In this document: one piece after another, positions 1 through 9,628 of the stretch
How the letters are laid out: every line of letters begins with the position of its first letter
How positions within the stretch are numbered: the stretch's first letter is position 1
DNA from: an uncultured Chloroflexia bacterium
Lineage (GTDB): Bacteria; Chloroflexota; Anaerolineae; Anaerolineales; UBA4823
NCBI GenBank assembly: GCA_963754615.1
Contig: CAVWGW010000018.1
Location: 7,160-71,159 of the forward strand
Direction of reading: 5' to 3'
Length of the DNA: 64,000 bases
Position numbers and translations under genes: made by a program
Notes under the pieces: model-generated
Database searches by the model: none
The model's input: the letters and a program-made list of their open reading frames with translations, nothing else
Told to the model about the DNA's origin: nothing

Positions 1-803
1 CCGGTTACAACGAAGGCATCTACTTCAATCAGCATCCTGAGAAAGGCAACCCGGCTCTGAAAGATGTCCGCGTCCGCCAGGCCATCGCCCTGGCTTTCAA
101 CCGCGAGAAATTGGTGCAGGATCTCCTGCTCGGGCTCACGGGAGTGGCTGCCACCGATTGGGATAACTCCCCCTGGGTTGAACCCAGCATCACGCCCTGG
201 CCTTATGATCCAGAACGTGCCAAGGCTCTCCTGGAAGAAGCCGGCTGGGTGGATACGAATGGCGATGGAACAGTTGATAAAGATGGGGTTGAGCTGGAGT
301 TGAGCTACGGCACCACCAATCGCGAAGTACGCCAGGATACCCAGGCGGTTATGCAGCAAGATCTGGCCCAGGTGGGCATCAAGCTGGACCTGCAGAGCTA
401 CGAATTTGATCTCTTTTTCTCTTCGTATGCTGATAATGGTCCCTCAGCGAACTTCTCGTTGGATCTCATCCAGTACTCGGACTCGCCAGACTTCCCCGAT
501 CCCAACGCCGTCGTCTGGTTATGCTCGGAAATCCCCTCGGATGAAAACCCGGTTGGCGTCAGCCCTACGGGTTTGTGTGATGAAGAGCTCGACGGTCTGT
601 TCCAGAAGCAGGCCACCCAGGTTGATTTTACTGAACGCCAGCAGACTTTCTACCAGATTACCAAGCGCATTTTCGAGCAGGTCTTCTGGTTGGGTGTCTG
701 GCAGGACCCTGATTTGTTCGGTTTTAGTGATCGCGTCCAGAATGTCAAGATGTCTGGCGCGACACCCTTCTTCAATATCGCTGAGTGGGATCTGGTCAAA
801 TAG
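1..803 (+). CDS. ABC transporter substrate-binding protein, family 5 (peptide/oligosaccharide type); C-terminal part, 5' end lies outside the window
   Basis: Frame +3 is open from the window edge (GYNEGIYFNQHPEKGNPALKDVRVRQAIALAFNREKLVQD...) and ends at TAG 801-803. The sequence is typical of a family-5 SBP C-terminal lobe, and permease and ATPase genes follow directly. Confidence 0.85.
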   Translation, partial: GYNEGIYFNQHPEKGNPALKDVRVRQAIALAFNREKLVQDLLLGLTGVAATDWDNSPWVEPSITPWPYDPERAKALLEEAGWVDTNGDGTVDKDGVELELSYGTTNREVRQDTQAVMQQDLAQVGIKLDLQSYEFDLFFSSYADNGPSANFSLDLIQYSDSPDFPDPNAVVWLCSEIPSDENPVGVSPTGLCDEELDGLFQKQATQVDFTERQQTFYQITKRIFEQVFWLGVWQDPDLFGFSDRVQNVKMSGATPFFNIAEWDLVK

Positions 804-871
804 GTAATCCAACTAAGGTATGGGTGTGCAGGTTTTCGTAACACCTGCACACCATCTCCAGAGAAAACCCA

Positions 872-1904
872 ATGTCCCGGTATATCGTCCGCCGCCTGCT
901 GCAAGCCATCCCTCTGCTTTTTATCATCAGTGGGGTTTTGTTCGTTCTGATGCAGAATATGGGTGATCCTGTGGCCACCATGGGCGGGCGTAAGGTGACG
1001 CGGCAAAGAAGATCGCATCCGGCTTGAACGCCAGCTTGGGCTGGATAAACCCATCTACCTCCAATATGTGTTTTGGTTGATTGGCAACGACTGGACAAAA
1101 ACGGACATGGATGGGGATGGTGTGGCAGAGACCCCTGGGGTGCGAAAAGGTGTTCTGCGCGGCGATTGGGGTATCTCACTGGTCAATAGAAAGCCCGTCA
1201 CTCAGGTGATCGGCGAGCGCTTGCCCAACACCTTGCTGCTGATGATAACGGCTGAAATTGTCGTAATCTCCTCAGCTCTCTTGATCGGCATTTATTCTGC
1301 TTTGCACCAATATTCAGTGATGGATAATACCATCACAACCATTACTTTTATCATGTATTCCATGCCGGTTTTCTTCTTTGCCTTGCTGGCCATGTACATC
1401 TTTGCCGTCAATTTTAAAAAATGGGGACTGCCTTACTTACCGACGGTTGGCATGTTTGAGCCTGAAGCTGGTCAGTCCTTTGGCCAGGTGATGTGGCACA
1501 TGGTTCTGCCCGTTGCCACGCTCTCTTTTGGTTTTATCGCCGGCTACAGCCGGTATATCCGCAGTACCATGTTGGAAGCCATGGGTCAAGATTACATCCG
1601 TACGGCACGCTCCAAAGGTCTGCCCAGGCGGCAGATTGTTTACCTGCACGCCCTCAAAAATGCAGCCTTGCCGATTGTCACCCTCGTTGCTCTGGACTTG
1701 CCTTTCTTATTAGGAGGCGCCATCGTCACCGAACGCATCTTCGGTTGGCCTGGCATGGGTAGGTTGTTTTTAGACCATGTCTCCCGCTCAGATACTGCAG
1801 TGGTCATGGGCATCTTGATGATGATCGCTGTGGCGGTGATTCTCTTCCAAATCCTGGCCGATGTCACCTACGCCTGGTTGGATCCAAGGATTCGCTATAA
1901 ATGA
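872..1904 (+). pseudogene. ABC transporter permease (OppB/DppB-like), interrupted by a +1 frame change near nt 1004
   Basis: A typical N-terminus MSRYIVRRLLQAIPLLFIISGVLFVLMQNMGDPVATMGGR reads in frame +2 and stops at TGA 1025-1027. The continuation KEDRIRLERQLGLDKPIYLQYVFWLIGN... and the rest of the permease read in frame +3 to 1904. The two frames are both open only between 999 and 1027. Confidence 0.7.
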
Positions 1905-2857
1905 GCAGCCTGGCAGATTCTCCCTCCAATGTGATCCAACCTCATTTGGATGAGCTGGAAACGCCGCCTCTCTCTCTTGGGCAGCTGGCCTGGCGGCGTT
2001 TTCGCCGGCATAAGATGGCCATTTTTGGCACGGTCATGATCATCCTGATCTTTTTATATTGTTTTGGTGGAATGCTGGTCTTCAGTGAAGCCGATGCCAA
2101 CTTTAATGATACCAGTGACCGCTTGCAGCCTCCCTCGCGTGAACACCCCTTTGGCACGGATACCATCGGGCGTGATATCATGATCCGCACCATTTATGGT
2201 GGCCAGATTTCGCTCATCATCGGCTTGACTGCTATGCTGGTAGAGCTCATCATCGGTGTCTCAATTGGAGCTTTGACAGGGTACTTGGGCGGTTGGGTAG
2301 ATAGCGTCCTCATGCGAATGACAGAAGCCGTATTGGTCATCCCCCAAATTTTCCTGCTTTTGGTGATGGCTAAATATTTTGCGCAGTCGATCCCGAATAT
2401 CGAATTCTTAGGGCGCACTTTTAGCGGCAGTGTCCTGGTTATCATCTTTGTGATCGGTATCACGAGCTGGCCTTACCTGGCGCGTATCGTTCGCTCGCAG
2501 TTCCTCTCGATCAAAGAGAATGATTTTATCCTGGCAGCCCGCGCCACTGGCACCTCAACCCGTGAGATTATCTTCCGCCATATCCTGCCGAACAGCATTG
2601 CTCCCATCATTGTCTCTGCCACGCTCAGTGTCGCCGCGGCCATTACCCTGGAGGCATACATCAGTTTCTTGGGGTTGGGGGTGCGCCCTCCGACGGCTAC
2701 CTGGGGGAACATGCTGGAAGGCGCCTACAAATATGTTCAGTCTGCCTGGTGGCTTTGGTTCTTCCCTGGGCTGCTGATTGCCTTGACCGTCTTGAGCATC
2801 AATTTCCTGGGTGATGGTTTGCGCGATGCCCTGGATCCGCACAGCCGCGCCGTATAA
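1901..2857 (+). CDS. ABC transporter permease (OppC/DppC-like)
   Basis: 318-aa multi-TM ORF whose ATGA overlaps the preceding permease. It has the N-terminal motif of the OppC type (PFGTDTIGRDI) and an EAA-loop region (AARATGTSTREIIFRHILPN). Confidence 0.9.
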   Translation: MSSLADSPSNVIQPHLDELETPPLSLGQLAWRRFRRHKMAIFGTVMIILIFLYCFGGMLVFSEADANFNDTSDRLQPPSREHPFGTDTIGRDIMIRTIYGGQISLIIGLTAMLVELIIGVSIGALTGYLGGWVDSVLMRMTEAVLVIPQIFLLLVMAKYFAQSIPNIEFLGRTFSGSVLVIIFVIGITSWPYLARIVRSQFLSIKENDFILAARATGTSTREIIFRHILPNSIAPIIVSATLSVAAAITLEAYISFLGLGVRPPTATWGNMLEGAYKYVQSAWWLWFFPGLLIALTVLSINFLGDGLRDALDPHSRAV

Positions 2858-2875
2858 TCAAGGATCGAGACGCAC

Positions 2876-3868
2876 ATGACTTCTGAGCTTCTCCTTGAAA
2901 TAAAAGACCTCCGCACTCGTTTTCACGTGGCTGAAGGGACGGTTTTTGCCGTCAATGGCATCTCGCTTTACATCAATCAAGGTGAAACGATTGCTGTCGT
3001 AGGAGAGAGCGGCTGTGGAAAGTCTGTGACGATGCTGTCCGTGCTGCGCTTGATCTCCATTCCCCCTGGCGAGATTGCCTCTGGAGAGGCGCTCTACCTC
3101 GGGCGCGATCTGTTCAAGCTTCCAGAAGCAGAAATGGAACGTATCCGGGGTAAAGAAATTGCCATGGTTTTTCAGGATTCCATGACCTCGCTTAACCCGG
3201 TATTAACCATCGGTCGCCAGATTATGGAACCGCTGCAGACCCACCTGGGGTTGGATAAGCAAAAAGCCCGCCAGCGCGCCATCGAGCTCCTCGAGCTGGT
3301 GGGCATCTCTGACCCTGCTCGCCGGCTGAGCGAATACCCTCACCAGTACTCTGGGGGTATGCGCCAGCGTGTCATGATCGCCATGGCGTTGGCTTGCATG
3401 CCCAGCTTGTTGATTGCCGACGAGCCGACCACCGCGCTGGATGTGACGATCCAGGCTCAGATCATCGAGCTTGTCGAGCACCTGCGCGAAAAGCTGAATA
3501 TGTCCGTGATCTGGATCACGCATGACCTCGGCGTGGTCGCTGAAATTGCAGAGCGCGTCATTGTGATGTATGCTGGTTTCATTGTTGAAGAAGCCCTGGT
3601 GGATGATTTGTACGAAGAACCTCGCCATCCCTATACACAGGCTTTGTTGTCTGCTCTGCCGCGGATTGAACAGCGCAGAGACCAGCGCCTGCGTTCCATC
3701 CCCGGCGCGCCCCCCAACTTACTGATTGAGCCCAAGGGTTGCCCCTTTGCCGCCCGCTGCGAATATGTTTTCGAGCATTGCCTGTCTGAAATGCCCCCCT
3801 TGATCCCTGTAGGTCCCAACCATCAGTGCGCCTGTTGGTACGATTTATCTGCCGGGAAGCCCCGCTAA
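2876..3868 (+). CDS. ABC transporter ATP-binding protein (OppD/DppD-like)
   Basis: Walker A GESGCGKS, signature YSGGMRQR and Walker [13 protein letters not shown] are present. The C-terminal oligopeptide-type extension carries a Cys motif (CPFAARC...C). Confidence 0.9.
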   Translation: MTSELLLEIKDLRTRFHVAEGTVFAVNGISLYINQGETIAVVGESGCGKSVTMLSVLRLISIPPGEIASGEALYLGRDLFKLPEAEMERIRGKEIAMVFQDSMTSLNPVLTIGRQIMEPLQTHLGLDKQKARQRAIELLELVGISDPARRLSEYPHQYSGGMRQRVMIAMALACMPSLLIADEPTTALDVTIQAQIIELVEHLREKLNMSVIWITHDLGVVAEIAERVIVMYAGFIVEEALVDDLYEEPRHPYTQALLSALPRIEQRRDQRLRSIPGAPPNLLIEPKGCPFAARCEYVFEHCLSEMPPLIPVGPNHQCACWYDLSAGKPR

Positions 3869-3884
3869 CCGCAGGAGTCATGCT

Positions 3885-4916
3885 TTGGAAGATATCCAAC
3901 CTACGCCCCAAGCTGCCCATGCACCCCTGATACAGGTACGTAATCTCGTTAAGCACTTTCCGATCCGCCAGGGTTTGATCTTTGAGAGAGAAGTTGGCTC
4001 CGTCAAGGCTTTGGATGGGATTACATTCGACATCCACCGCGGAGAAACGTTGGGACTGGTGGGGGAGAGCGGCTGCGGAAAGACGACCGCCGGGCGCACG
4101 ATCCTGGGGTTGTATCCTCCGACCAGTGGTTCCGTGCTCATTTCAGGGATCGAGCTCATCGGCGCCAGTAAAGAACACATCCAGCTTCTGCGCCGCAAGG
4201 CACAGATGATCTTCCAGGATCCTTACTCTTCGCTAAACCCTCGCTGGACGGTGAATGCCATAATCGGTGAGCCGCTGCATGTGCACAAGCTGCTGCCAGA
4301 TGAGGCTTCCCAGTCCGAGAGGGTCCGCGAGCTGATGCTGAAAGTTGGGCTCAGCCCCAGGCTGATCAACCGCTTCCCCCACGAGTTCTCCGGTGGGCAG
4401 CGCCAGCGCATCGGTGTGGCGCGTGCCCTGGCTTCGAATCCTGATTTCATCGTCTGTGATGAACCCATCTCCAACCTGGATGTTTCTATCCAGGCTCAAG
4501 TCGTCAACTTGTTGGAAGATTTACAAACCGAATCGAACCTGACCTACCTTTTCATTGCCCATGACCTGTCCATGGTGCGGCATATTTGTGACCGGGTGGC
4601 AGTGATGTACTTGGGGATTATTGTAGAATTGGGCGACCGCGATGAGCTGTATGAGAACCCCCTCCATCCTTACAACATATCTTTACTCTCTGCTGTTCCG
4701 ATCCCCAACCCCAAGTTGAACCGCGGTCGCCAGCGCATCATCCTCACCGGAGATGTGCCCAGCCCCATTAACCCTCCCTCGGGCTGCCGCTTCCACCCGC
4801 GTTGTCCCGTTGCCCAGAAAAGCCAGGCAATCATGGAACACTGTTCCCAGGTGGCCCCTGAATGGCGTGAAATCCGCCCCGGTCATTGGGTCGCCTGCCA
4901 CGAAGCCCAAGCTTAG
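3885..4916 (+). CDS. ABC transporter ATP-binding protein (OppF/DppF-like)
   Basis: TTG start 7 nt after GCAGGAG. Walker [10 protein letters not shown], signature FSGGQRQR, Walker [13 protein letters not shown] and a C-terminal CRFHPRCP motif are present. Confidence 0.9.
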   Translation: MEDIQPTPQAAHAPLIQVRNLVKHFPIRQGLIFEREVGSVKALDGITFDIHRGETLGLVGESGCGKTTAGRTILGLYPPTSGSVLISGIELIGASKEHIQLLRRKAQMIFQDPYSSLNPRWTVNAIIGEPLHVHKLLPDEASQSERVRELMLKVGLSPRLINRFPHEFSGGQRQRIGVARALASNPDFIVCDEPISNLDVSIQAQVVNLLEDLQTESNLTYLFIAHDLSMVRHICDRVAVMYLGIIVELGDRDELYENPLHPYNISLLSAVPIPNPKLNRGRQRIILTGDVPSPINPPSGCRFHPRCPVAQKSQAIMEHCSQVAPEWREIRPGHWVACHEAQA

Positions 4917-4964
4917 TAATTAGCCGATGTTTAATCTAAACTTTATTTAGCCTGTTTCCAGTTA

Positions 4965-4984
4965 CAGGCTGCAATTCATTTGCA
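4965..4984 (+). repeat. Short dispersed hairpin repeat, copy 1 (CAGGCTGCAATTCATTTGCA)
   Basis: The core CAGGCyGCAATTCrTTTGCr is found three times in the window, all intergenic and all on the + strand. This copy has stem TGCAA/TTGCA with loop TTCAT. Confidence 0.6.
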
Positions 4985-5030
4985 ATCTTTGGTGTTTTCT
5001 ACCTTGATGATAAAATCAATGTGTTATCCG

Positions 5031-5052
5031 AACACGCTTTAGCGTGTTTTTC
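5031..5052 (+). terminator. Probable intrinsic terminator after the ABC importer operon
   Basis: AACACGC-TTTA-GCGTGTT forms a 7-bp stem and is followed immediately by TTTT. Confidence 0.6.
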
Positions 5053-5056
5053 GTAT

Positions 5057-5076
5057 CAGGCCGCAATTCATTTGCG
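5057..5076 (+). repeat. Short dispersed hairpin repeat, copy 2 (CAGGCCGCAATTCATTTGCG)
   Basis: Same core as copy 1. The stem is CCGCAA/TTGCGG, so the T:A pair of copy 1 is replaced by C:G. Confidence 0.6.
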
Positions 5077-5117
5077 GTATAAACAGGAACCAGTCTAATT
5101 CCACTCCGGAGAAGTCT

Positions 5118-6737
5118 ATGCAATCCAAAAACCCTGCCTGGCTGGAGACAGCCGTTTTTTATGAGATTTACCCCCAAACCTACTACGATTTCAATGGCGA
5201 TGGCATCGGCGACATACCTGGGATTATTCAGAAGCTCGATTACCTGGTCTCGTTGGGGACGAATGCGCTGTGGTTGAATCCTTGCTTCGATTCGCCCTTC
5301 GGTGATGCTGGTTACGATGTTACCGATTATTACAAAGTTGCTCCGCGCTACGGCACCAATGCTGATCTACGCCAACTGTTCGAGGCCGCCCACCAGCGCG
5401 GCATCCGGGTTTTGCTGGACCTGGTAGCCGGGCACACCTCCCTAGAGAATGCCTGGTTCAAAGAGTCCTGCAAAGCGGAGAAGAATCAATACAGCGAATG
5501 GTTCATCTGGACCGGTTCCGTCTGGACGCCGCCTTTGCCCGAGCTGCAAAACGTGCGCGGCTACGCAGAACGCGATGGCGCGTATATCGTGAATTTCTTT
5601 TATATGCAGCCCGCCTTGAATTATGGTTTCGCAAATCCCGACCCTCGTTATCCCTGGCAGCAGCCCGTAGATGCTCCCGGACCTCAGGCTGTCCGCCAGG
5701 AGATGAAGAATATCATGAAATTCTGGCTCGATATGGGCGCCGACGGCTTTCGCGTCGATATGGCTGCCTCCCTGGTCAAGCTTGATCCCGGGCACCGCAT
5801 GACTGCAAAATTCTGGCAGGATGTGCGCCAGTGGCTCGACCAGGAATATCCGCAGGCCGCCCTGGTCTCCGAGTGGTCCAACCCGAGTGAGGCCATCCCC
5901 GCTGGTTTCCATATGGATTTCACCCTGCATTTCGGCATGGCTGGCTACACCGGCTTGTTCCGCAAGCCCTTCCGCAGCTCCTTCCAGGGTGGTGATCGCT
6001 ACGGGTGGAGTTATTTTGATAACTCCGGGCGTGGCAATATCCGCCAGTTCCTCGATGAGTACCTGCCGCACTACCAAAAAACGAAAGATCAGGGTTATAT
6101 CTGCATTCCTTCAGGCAATCATGATATCTCGCCTCGCCTGGCAAACGGCCGTTCTGTGCAAGATTTGAAGGTGGCTTTCTTATTCCTGCTCACTATGCCT
6201 GGCGTGCCCTATATCTATTATGGCGACGAGATTGGCATGCGCTTTGTTGAAGGGTTGCCTTCCAAAGAAGGCGGTTATTATCGCACCGGCAGCCGCACCC
6301 CAATGCAGTGGGATGATGCGCCGAACGCCGGCTTCTCCACTGCCCCAGCAGAGCGCCTGTATCTCCCCATCGACAGCCTCCCTGGTCGCCCAGATGTTGC
6401 ATCGCAGCAGTCCGATCCGGCTTCCCTTCTCAACACGCTCCGTAAGCTGATTGAGCTGCGTAAAGCCCACCCAGCCCTGTGCGCTGGCGGTCTCTTTGAG
6501 CCTGTAATTGCAGAGGCCGGTCAAAGTTTATTCGTATACCGCCGCACGCAGGACGCTGAGGATTTGCTGGTTGCGCTCAATCCTGCGAGCGATCCGGTGG
6601 AAGCGCGTTTGCCGGCTGGCCTGGGTAAAAAGCTGCCCCAGGTTTTGTATGGTCATCCTGGCGCGTTCGTGCAAGACAGTGATGGTTGGATTCTGCGTTT
6701 GCCAGGCGTCTCGGGCGGCGTGTACCAGCTTTCATGA
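5118..6737 (+). CDS. GH13 alpha-glucosidase / oligo-1,6-glucosidase family enzyme
   Basis: N-terminus AVFYEIYPQTYYDFNGDGIGDIPGIIQKLDYLVSLGTNALWLNP. Catalytic regions GFRVDMA, ALVSEWS and SGNHD are present. RBS GGAGA lies upstream. Confidence 0.9.
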   Translation: MQSKNPAWLETAVFYEIYPQTYYDFNGDGIGDIPGIIQKLDYLVSLGTNALWLNPCFDSPFGDAGYDVTDYYKVAPRYGTNADLRQLFEAAHQRGIRVLLDLVAGHTSLENAWFKESCKAEKNQYSEWFIWTGSVWTPPLPELQNVRGYAERDGAYIVNFFYMQPALNYGFANPDPRYPWQQPVDAPGPQAVRQEMKNIMKFWLDMGADGFRVDMAASLVKLDPGHRMTAKFWQDVRQWLDQEYPQAALVSEWSNPSEAIPAGFHMDFTLHFGMAGYTGLFRKPFRSSFQGGDRYGWSYFDNSGRGNIRQFLDEYLPHYQKTKDQGYICIPSGNHDISPRLANGRSVQDLKVAFLFLLTMPGVPYIYYGDEIGMRFVEGLPSKEGGYYRTGSRTPMQWDDAPNAGFSTAPAERLYLPIDSLPGRPDVASQQSDPASLLNTLRKLIELRKAHPALCAGGLFEPVIAEAGQSLFVYRRTQDAEDLLVALNPASDPVEARLPAGLGKKLPQVLYGHPGAFVQDSDGWILRLPGVSGGVYQLS

Positions 6738-7903
6738 TCCGCTCCCTCACCCCAGCCTATCGAGGGGCGCTCTTCTATACCGCCTTCTGGGGCATCATGG
6801 GGGTCTTCGAACCCTTCGTGAATGTATATTTCTCCCGCCTGGGTCTGAATGGGCGGGAGATTGGCCTCCTCTCTGCCATCTTCCCGCTGATGGTAATGGT
6901 TTTCGCGCCCGCTTTCTCTGCCCTGGGTGATCGGAATGCCTGGAGGGTGCGCCTTCTCAGCCTTGCTTTGCTTGGGACGGCTGGGGTTTTAATGTTCATG
7001 AACATCCCCACCAAGTTCAAAGCCTTGCTGCTCCTGGTCGCGCTGTATGGTTTCTTCCGCAGTCCCATTCTCCCGATTGCCGATAGTTTGGTCGTACGCA
7101 TGTGCCTGCGTTATAACCTCGATTATGGAAGGCTGCGCCAGTGGGGATCGTTTAGTTTCTCGGTGGTTGCGGTGGCGTGCGGAGCGCTGTGGGATCAAGT
7201 TGGCCTGGCAGCCATGTTCCCTCTCGCTGGCATACTGCTCATACCGGTTATCTTTGCTGCCCGGGGATTGGAAGAAGGTCCCAAGAAGGAGAAGCAGCAC
7301 CAGCGTCCAATCCGCCAGATTTGGCGTGACTCGGGGCTGATTGTGATCCTCCTGGCGACTTTTCTGGTCGAAGCGGCCTTGTTTGTTACCGGTGTGTTTG
7401 GGGGCGTTTACATGGATTCTTTAGGAGGCGGCTTGTGGATGGTGGGCCTGTTCTATGGCCTGTCCGCGTTGGCGGAGATGCCTGGGATGTACTACAATTC
7501 CGCCCTGCGGTCGCGCTTCGGAGGCCCAGGTGCATTGCTGTTCGCCTATTTTTTGACCGCGGTAGGCGTGGTTGGACAGGCCCTGGCTGCTTCTCCCTGG
7601 GTCTTGTTGGCCTCCACCACGCTGCGCGGGGCGGGTTTTGGCTTGTTTTTCTCGGTCACCGTCCGCCTGATCGATGAGCGCGTGCCCGAAGAGTGGTCTT
7701 CGACCACCCAGGCGATCTTGCAGGCTGGGGCCTGGGGATTGATCCCGCTGATCGCTGCACCACTTTCTGGTCTGGTTTACGACTTGGCTGGCGGTCCGGC
7801 CCTCTTTTGGAGTGGGGCAGTGCTGGTCGGTTTGGCGATCCTGGTTATTCTCCTGGCTTCTGCCAGGGGGCTATTTTCTATCAGCCCGAAAATACCTGAG
7901 TAA
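6734..7903 (+). CDS. MFS transporter
   Basis: About 12 predicted hydrophobic helices. I chose the start at the ATGA overlap with the GH13 stop (MIRSLTPAYRGALFYTAFWG...); the ORF track offers an earlier in-frame start at 6686. Confidence 0.75.
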   Translation: MIRSLTPAYRGALFYTAFWGIMGVFEPFVNVYFSRLGLNGREIGLLSAIFPLMVMVFAPAFSALGDRNAWRVRLLSLALLGTAGVLMFMNIPTKFKALLLLVALYGFFRSPILPIADSLVVRMCLRYNLDYGRLRQWGSFSFSVVAVACGALWDQVGLAAMFPLAGILLIPVIFAARGLEEGPKKEKQHQRPIRQIWRDSGLIVILLATFLVEAALFVTGVFGGVYMDSLGGGLWMVGLFYGLSALAEMPGMYYNSALRSRFGGPGALLFAYFLTAVGVVGQALAASPWVLLASTTLRGAGFGLFFSVTVRLIDERVPEEWSSTTQAILQAGAWGLIPLIAAPLSGLVYDLAGGPALFWSGAVLVGLAILVILLASARGLFSISPKIPE

Positions 7904-7931
7904 AGCCTCTCCACCCGAAAATACAGAGCTG

Positions 7932-8243
7932 CTACCGGGCAATCCGCTGGCTGCGTGCCGCATCTGTCAGGAGGTCGATCAAAGGCTGCAGATGTTCCGG
8001 CGTGGCGCTTTCGCTGGTTTCCACCGTGTGGAACTGGTCGCCTTTCTCCACGGTCAATTTATATTGAAATCGGTCTACGCCTTCCATTTGTGGTTTCAAA
8101 ACCGGCGGCAGGTCAAAAAAATGTGCCCCTTCGACCAGTGTTTCCATTTCATCCGCCTCCGCCGGCGTTAAGGTTTCTGTCATCACCTCAACTGCCAGGC
8201 GCATTCCTAGAAAGCCTCCCGTCCGCTCAAAATTAATGCGCAT
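7932..8243 (-). CDS. Small protein resembling emfourin (protein inhibitor of protealysin-like M4 proteases)
   Basis: 103 aa, MRINFERTGGFLGMRLAVEV...FQYKLTVEKGDQFHTVE. It lies 53 nt downstream of the M4 protease on the same strand and has its own RBS (GGAGAAGGG). Size, position and the N-terminal pattern match my recollection of the emfourin family. No search was run. Confidence 0.5.
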   Translation of the reverse strand: MRINFERTGGFLGMRLAVEVMTETLTPAEADEMETLVEGAHFFDLPPVLKPQMEGVDRFQYKLTVEKGDQFHTVETSESATPEHLQPLIDLLTDAARSQRIAR

Positions 8244-8296
8244 ATTTTTTACCCTTCTCCGCAGATGTTTGTTATTGCATCGATTAGCGGATTCTG

Positions 8297-9457
8297 TTAC
8301 TTTTTCGCAGCTTCTTTCGGCTTGAACAGGGATTGGATCATGGTCACTGGCGCCGCCAGGCAGCCCTGGTTATCGCTGGGTTCAGTACCAATCAGAATTC
8401 CTACTGTACTCCAGCCTTTTTCCACGGCCTTTTGCTCTGCACTGCCCTCTCCGTACAGCTCGCCGGCTGCCTGGTAAGTGGCTTGTGCTGCTGCTAGAAA
8501 ATTGGAGCTTGATGACAGCTTGTCTCGCAGCGTCACATACCAGATCCGCCCCGCTTTTTCCCAGGCATATCCACCCATTTCGGTGGCAGCGATATAGAAC
8601 GCACGGTTTGGGATCCCTGAATTGATGTGCACGCCGCCATTATCTTCATAGGTGCTGACATAATCTTTCATATGCGCGGGTTGAGGATCCTTCCCTAAAA
8701 CGGGGTCATCATAAGCTGTTCCAGGCGCCTTCATCGAGCGGATGCCCACGCCGTTGACCCGGCTGGTGAAAAGACCCGCCCCGATGATCCAATCTGCTTC
8801 TTGAGCCGTCTGGTTCAGGCTTTTCTGCTTGACCATCGCGCCAAACACATCCGACATCGACTCGTTCAATGCCCCTGGTTGTCCCTGGTAAGCCAGGGCT
8901 GCTTCGTATTGCGTGACGCCGTGTGATAGCTCATGACCGATTACGTCGATAGAGATTGTAAACCGGTTGAATAACCGCTGCTCCTCGGGGATATCCTCAT
9001 CCCCGTCCCCGTAAACCATCTGTTTCCCATTCCAAAAAGCATTGTCATAGCCTTTGCCATAATGAACCGTGGAATCCAGCCGCAGCCCGTTGCCATCGAT
9101 CGAGTTGCGCTGGTAAGCATCCAGGAAGAGGTCAAATGTATAGCCAGAGCCATCATATGCCTCATTTACTGCCACATCGGAAGACGGAGGCGCGCCTTCT
9201 TCACGGACTTTTACACCAGGCAGCGTCGTCCCAGAACCTGCATCGTAAATTATGCGTTGTTTAACCGCTGGACCGGCTGCCGCCAGAGGCCCATATTTTG
9301 GCATTTCGGTGAGAGCCTGGCGCTGGCCTCGGAACTGCCCGGAAACCGATAGCGATTCCAGGGCACGCCCTTTTTGGATGGGGGTGCCGTTCTCCACAAT
9401 ACTTCGCAGCATGTAGGGCGGAATAATACATTGAGAATAAGGAATTGGGTCGCTCAT
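8297..9457 (-). CDS. M4 (thermolysin-family) zinc metallopeptidase, protealysin-like
   Basis: Motifs HELSHGVTQ (HExxH), GALNESMSDVFG (third zinc ligand Glu) and GGVHINSGIPNRAFY are present. The N-terminal extension is short, lacks a signal peptide and contains IIPPYML (compare the PPL motif of protealysin-like propeptides). I chose the start at MSDPIPYS because GGAGA lies 7 nt upstream; the ORF track start is 9508. Confidence 0.85.
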   Translation of the reverse strand: MSDPIPYSQCIIPPYMLRSIVENGTPIQKGRALESLSVSGQFRGQRQALTEMPKYGPLAAAGPAVKQRIIYDAGSGTTLPGVKVREEGAPPSSDVAVNEAYDGSGYTFDLFLDAYQRNSIDGNGLRLDSTVHYGKGYDNAFWNGKQMVYGDGDEDIPEEQRLFNRFTISIDVIGHELSHGVTQYEAALAYQGQPGALNESMSDVFGAMVKQKSLNQTAQEADWIIGAGLFTSRVNGVGIRSMKAPGTAYDDPVLGKDPQPAHMKDYVSTYEDNGGVHINSGIPNRAFYIAATEMGGYAWEKAGRIWYVTLRDKLSSSSNFLAAAQATYQAAGELYGEGSAEQKAVEKGWSTVGILIGTEPSDNQGCLAAPVTMIQSLFKPKEAAKK

Positions 9458-9628
9458 CTGATTGTCTCCTTTGTTTAACACTTTAGCAGGAATCGTGTAG
9501 AAATGCAAGACCCAAATTCGATAAAAACACTCCGTTTTATGGAATTGTCATTGCGGCATGTGAATCCTTGTTGACGTGCATCCTTATATCATCTAAAATA
9601 AAACCGAATAACATAAAAGGAAGGATCT

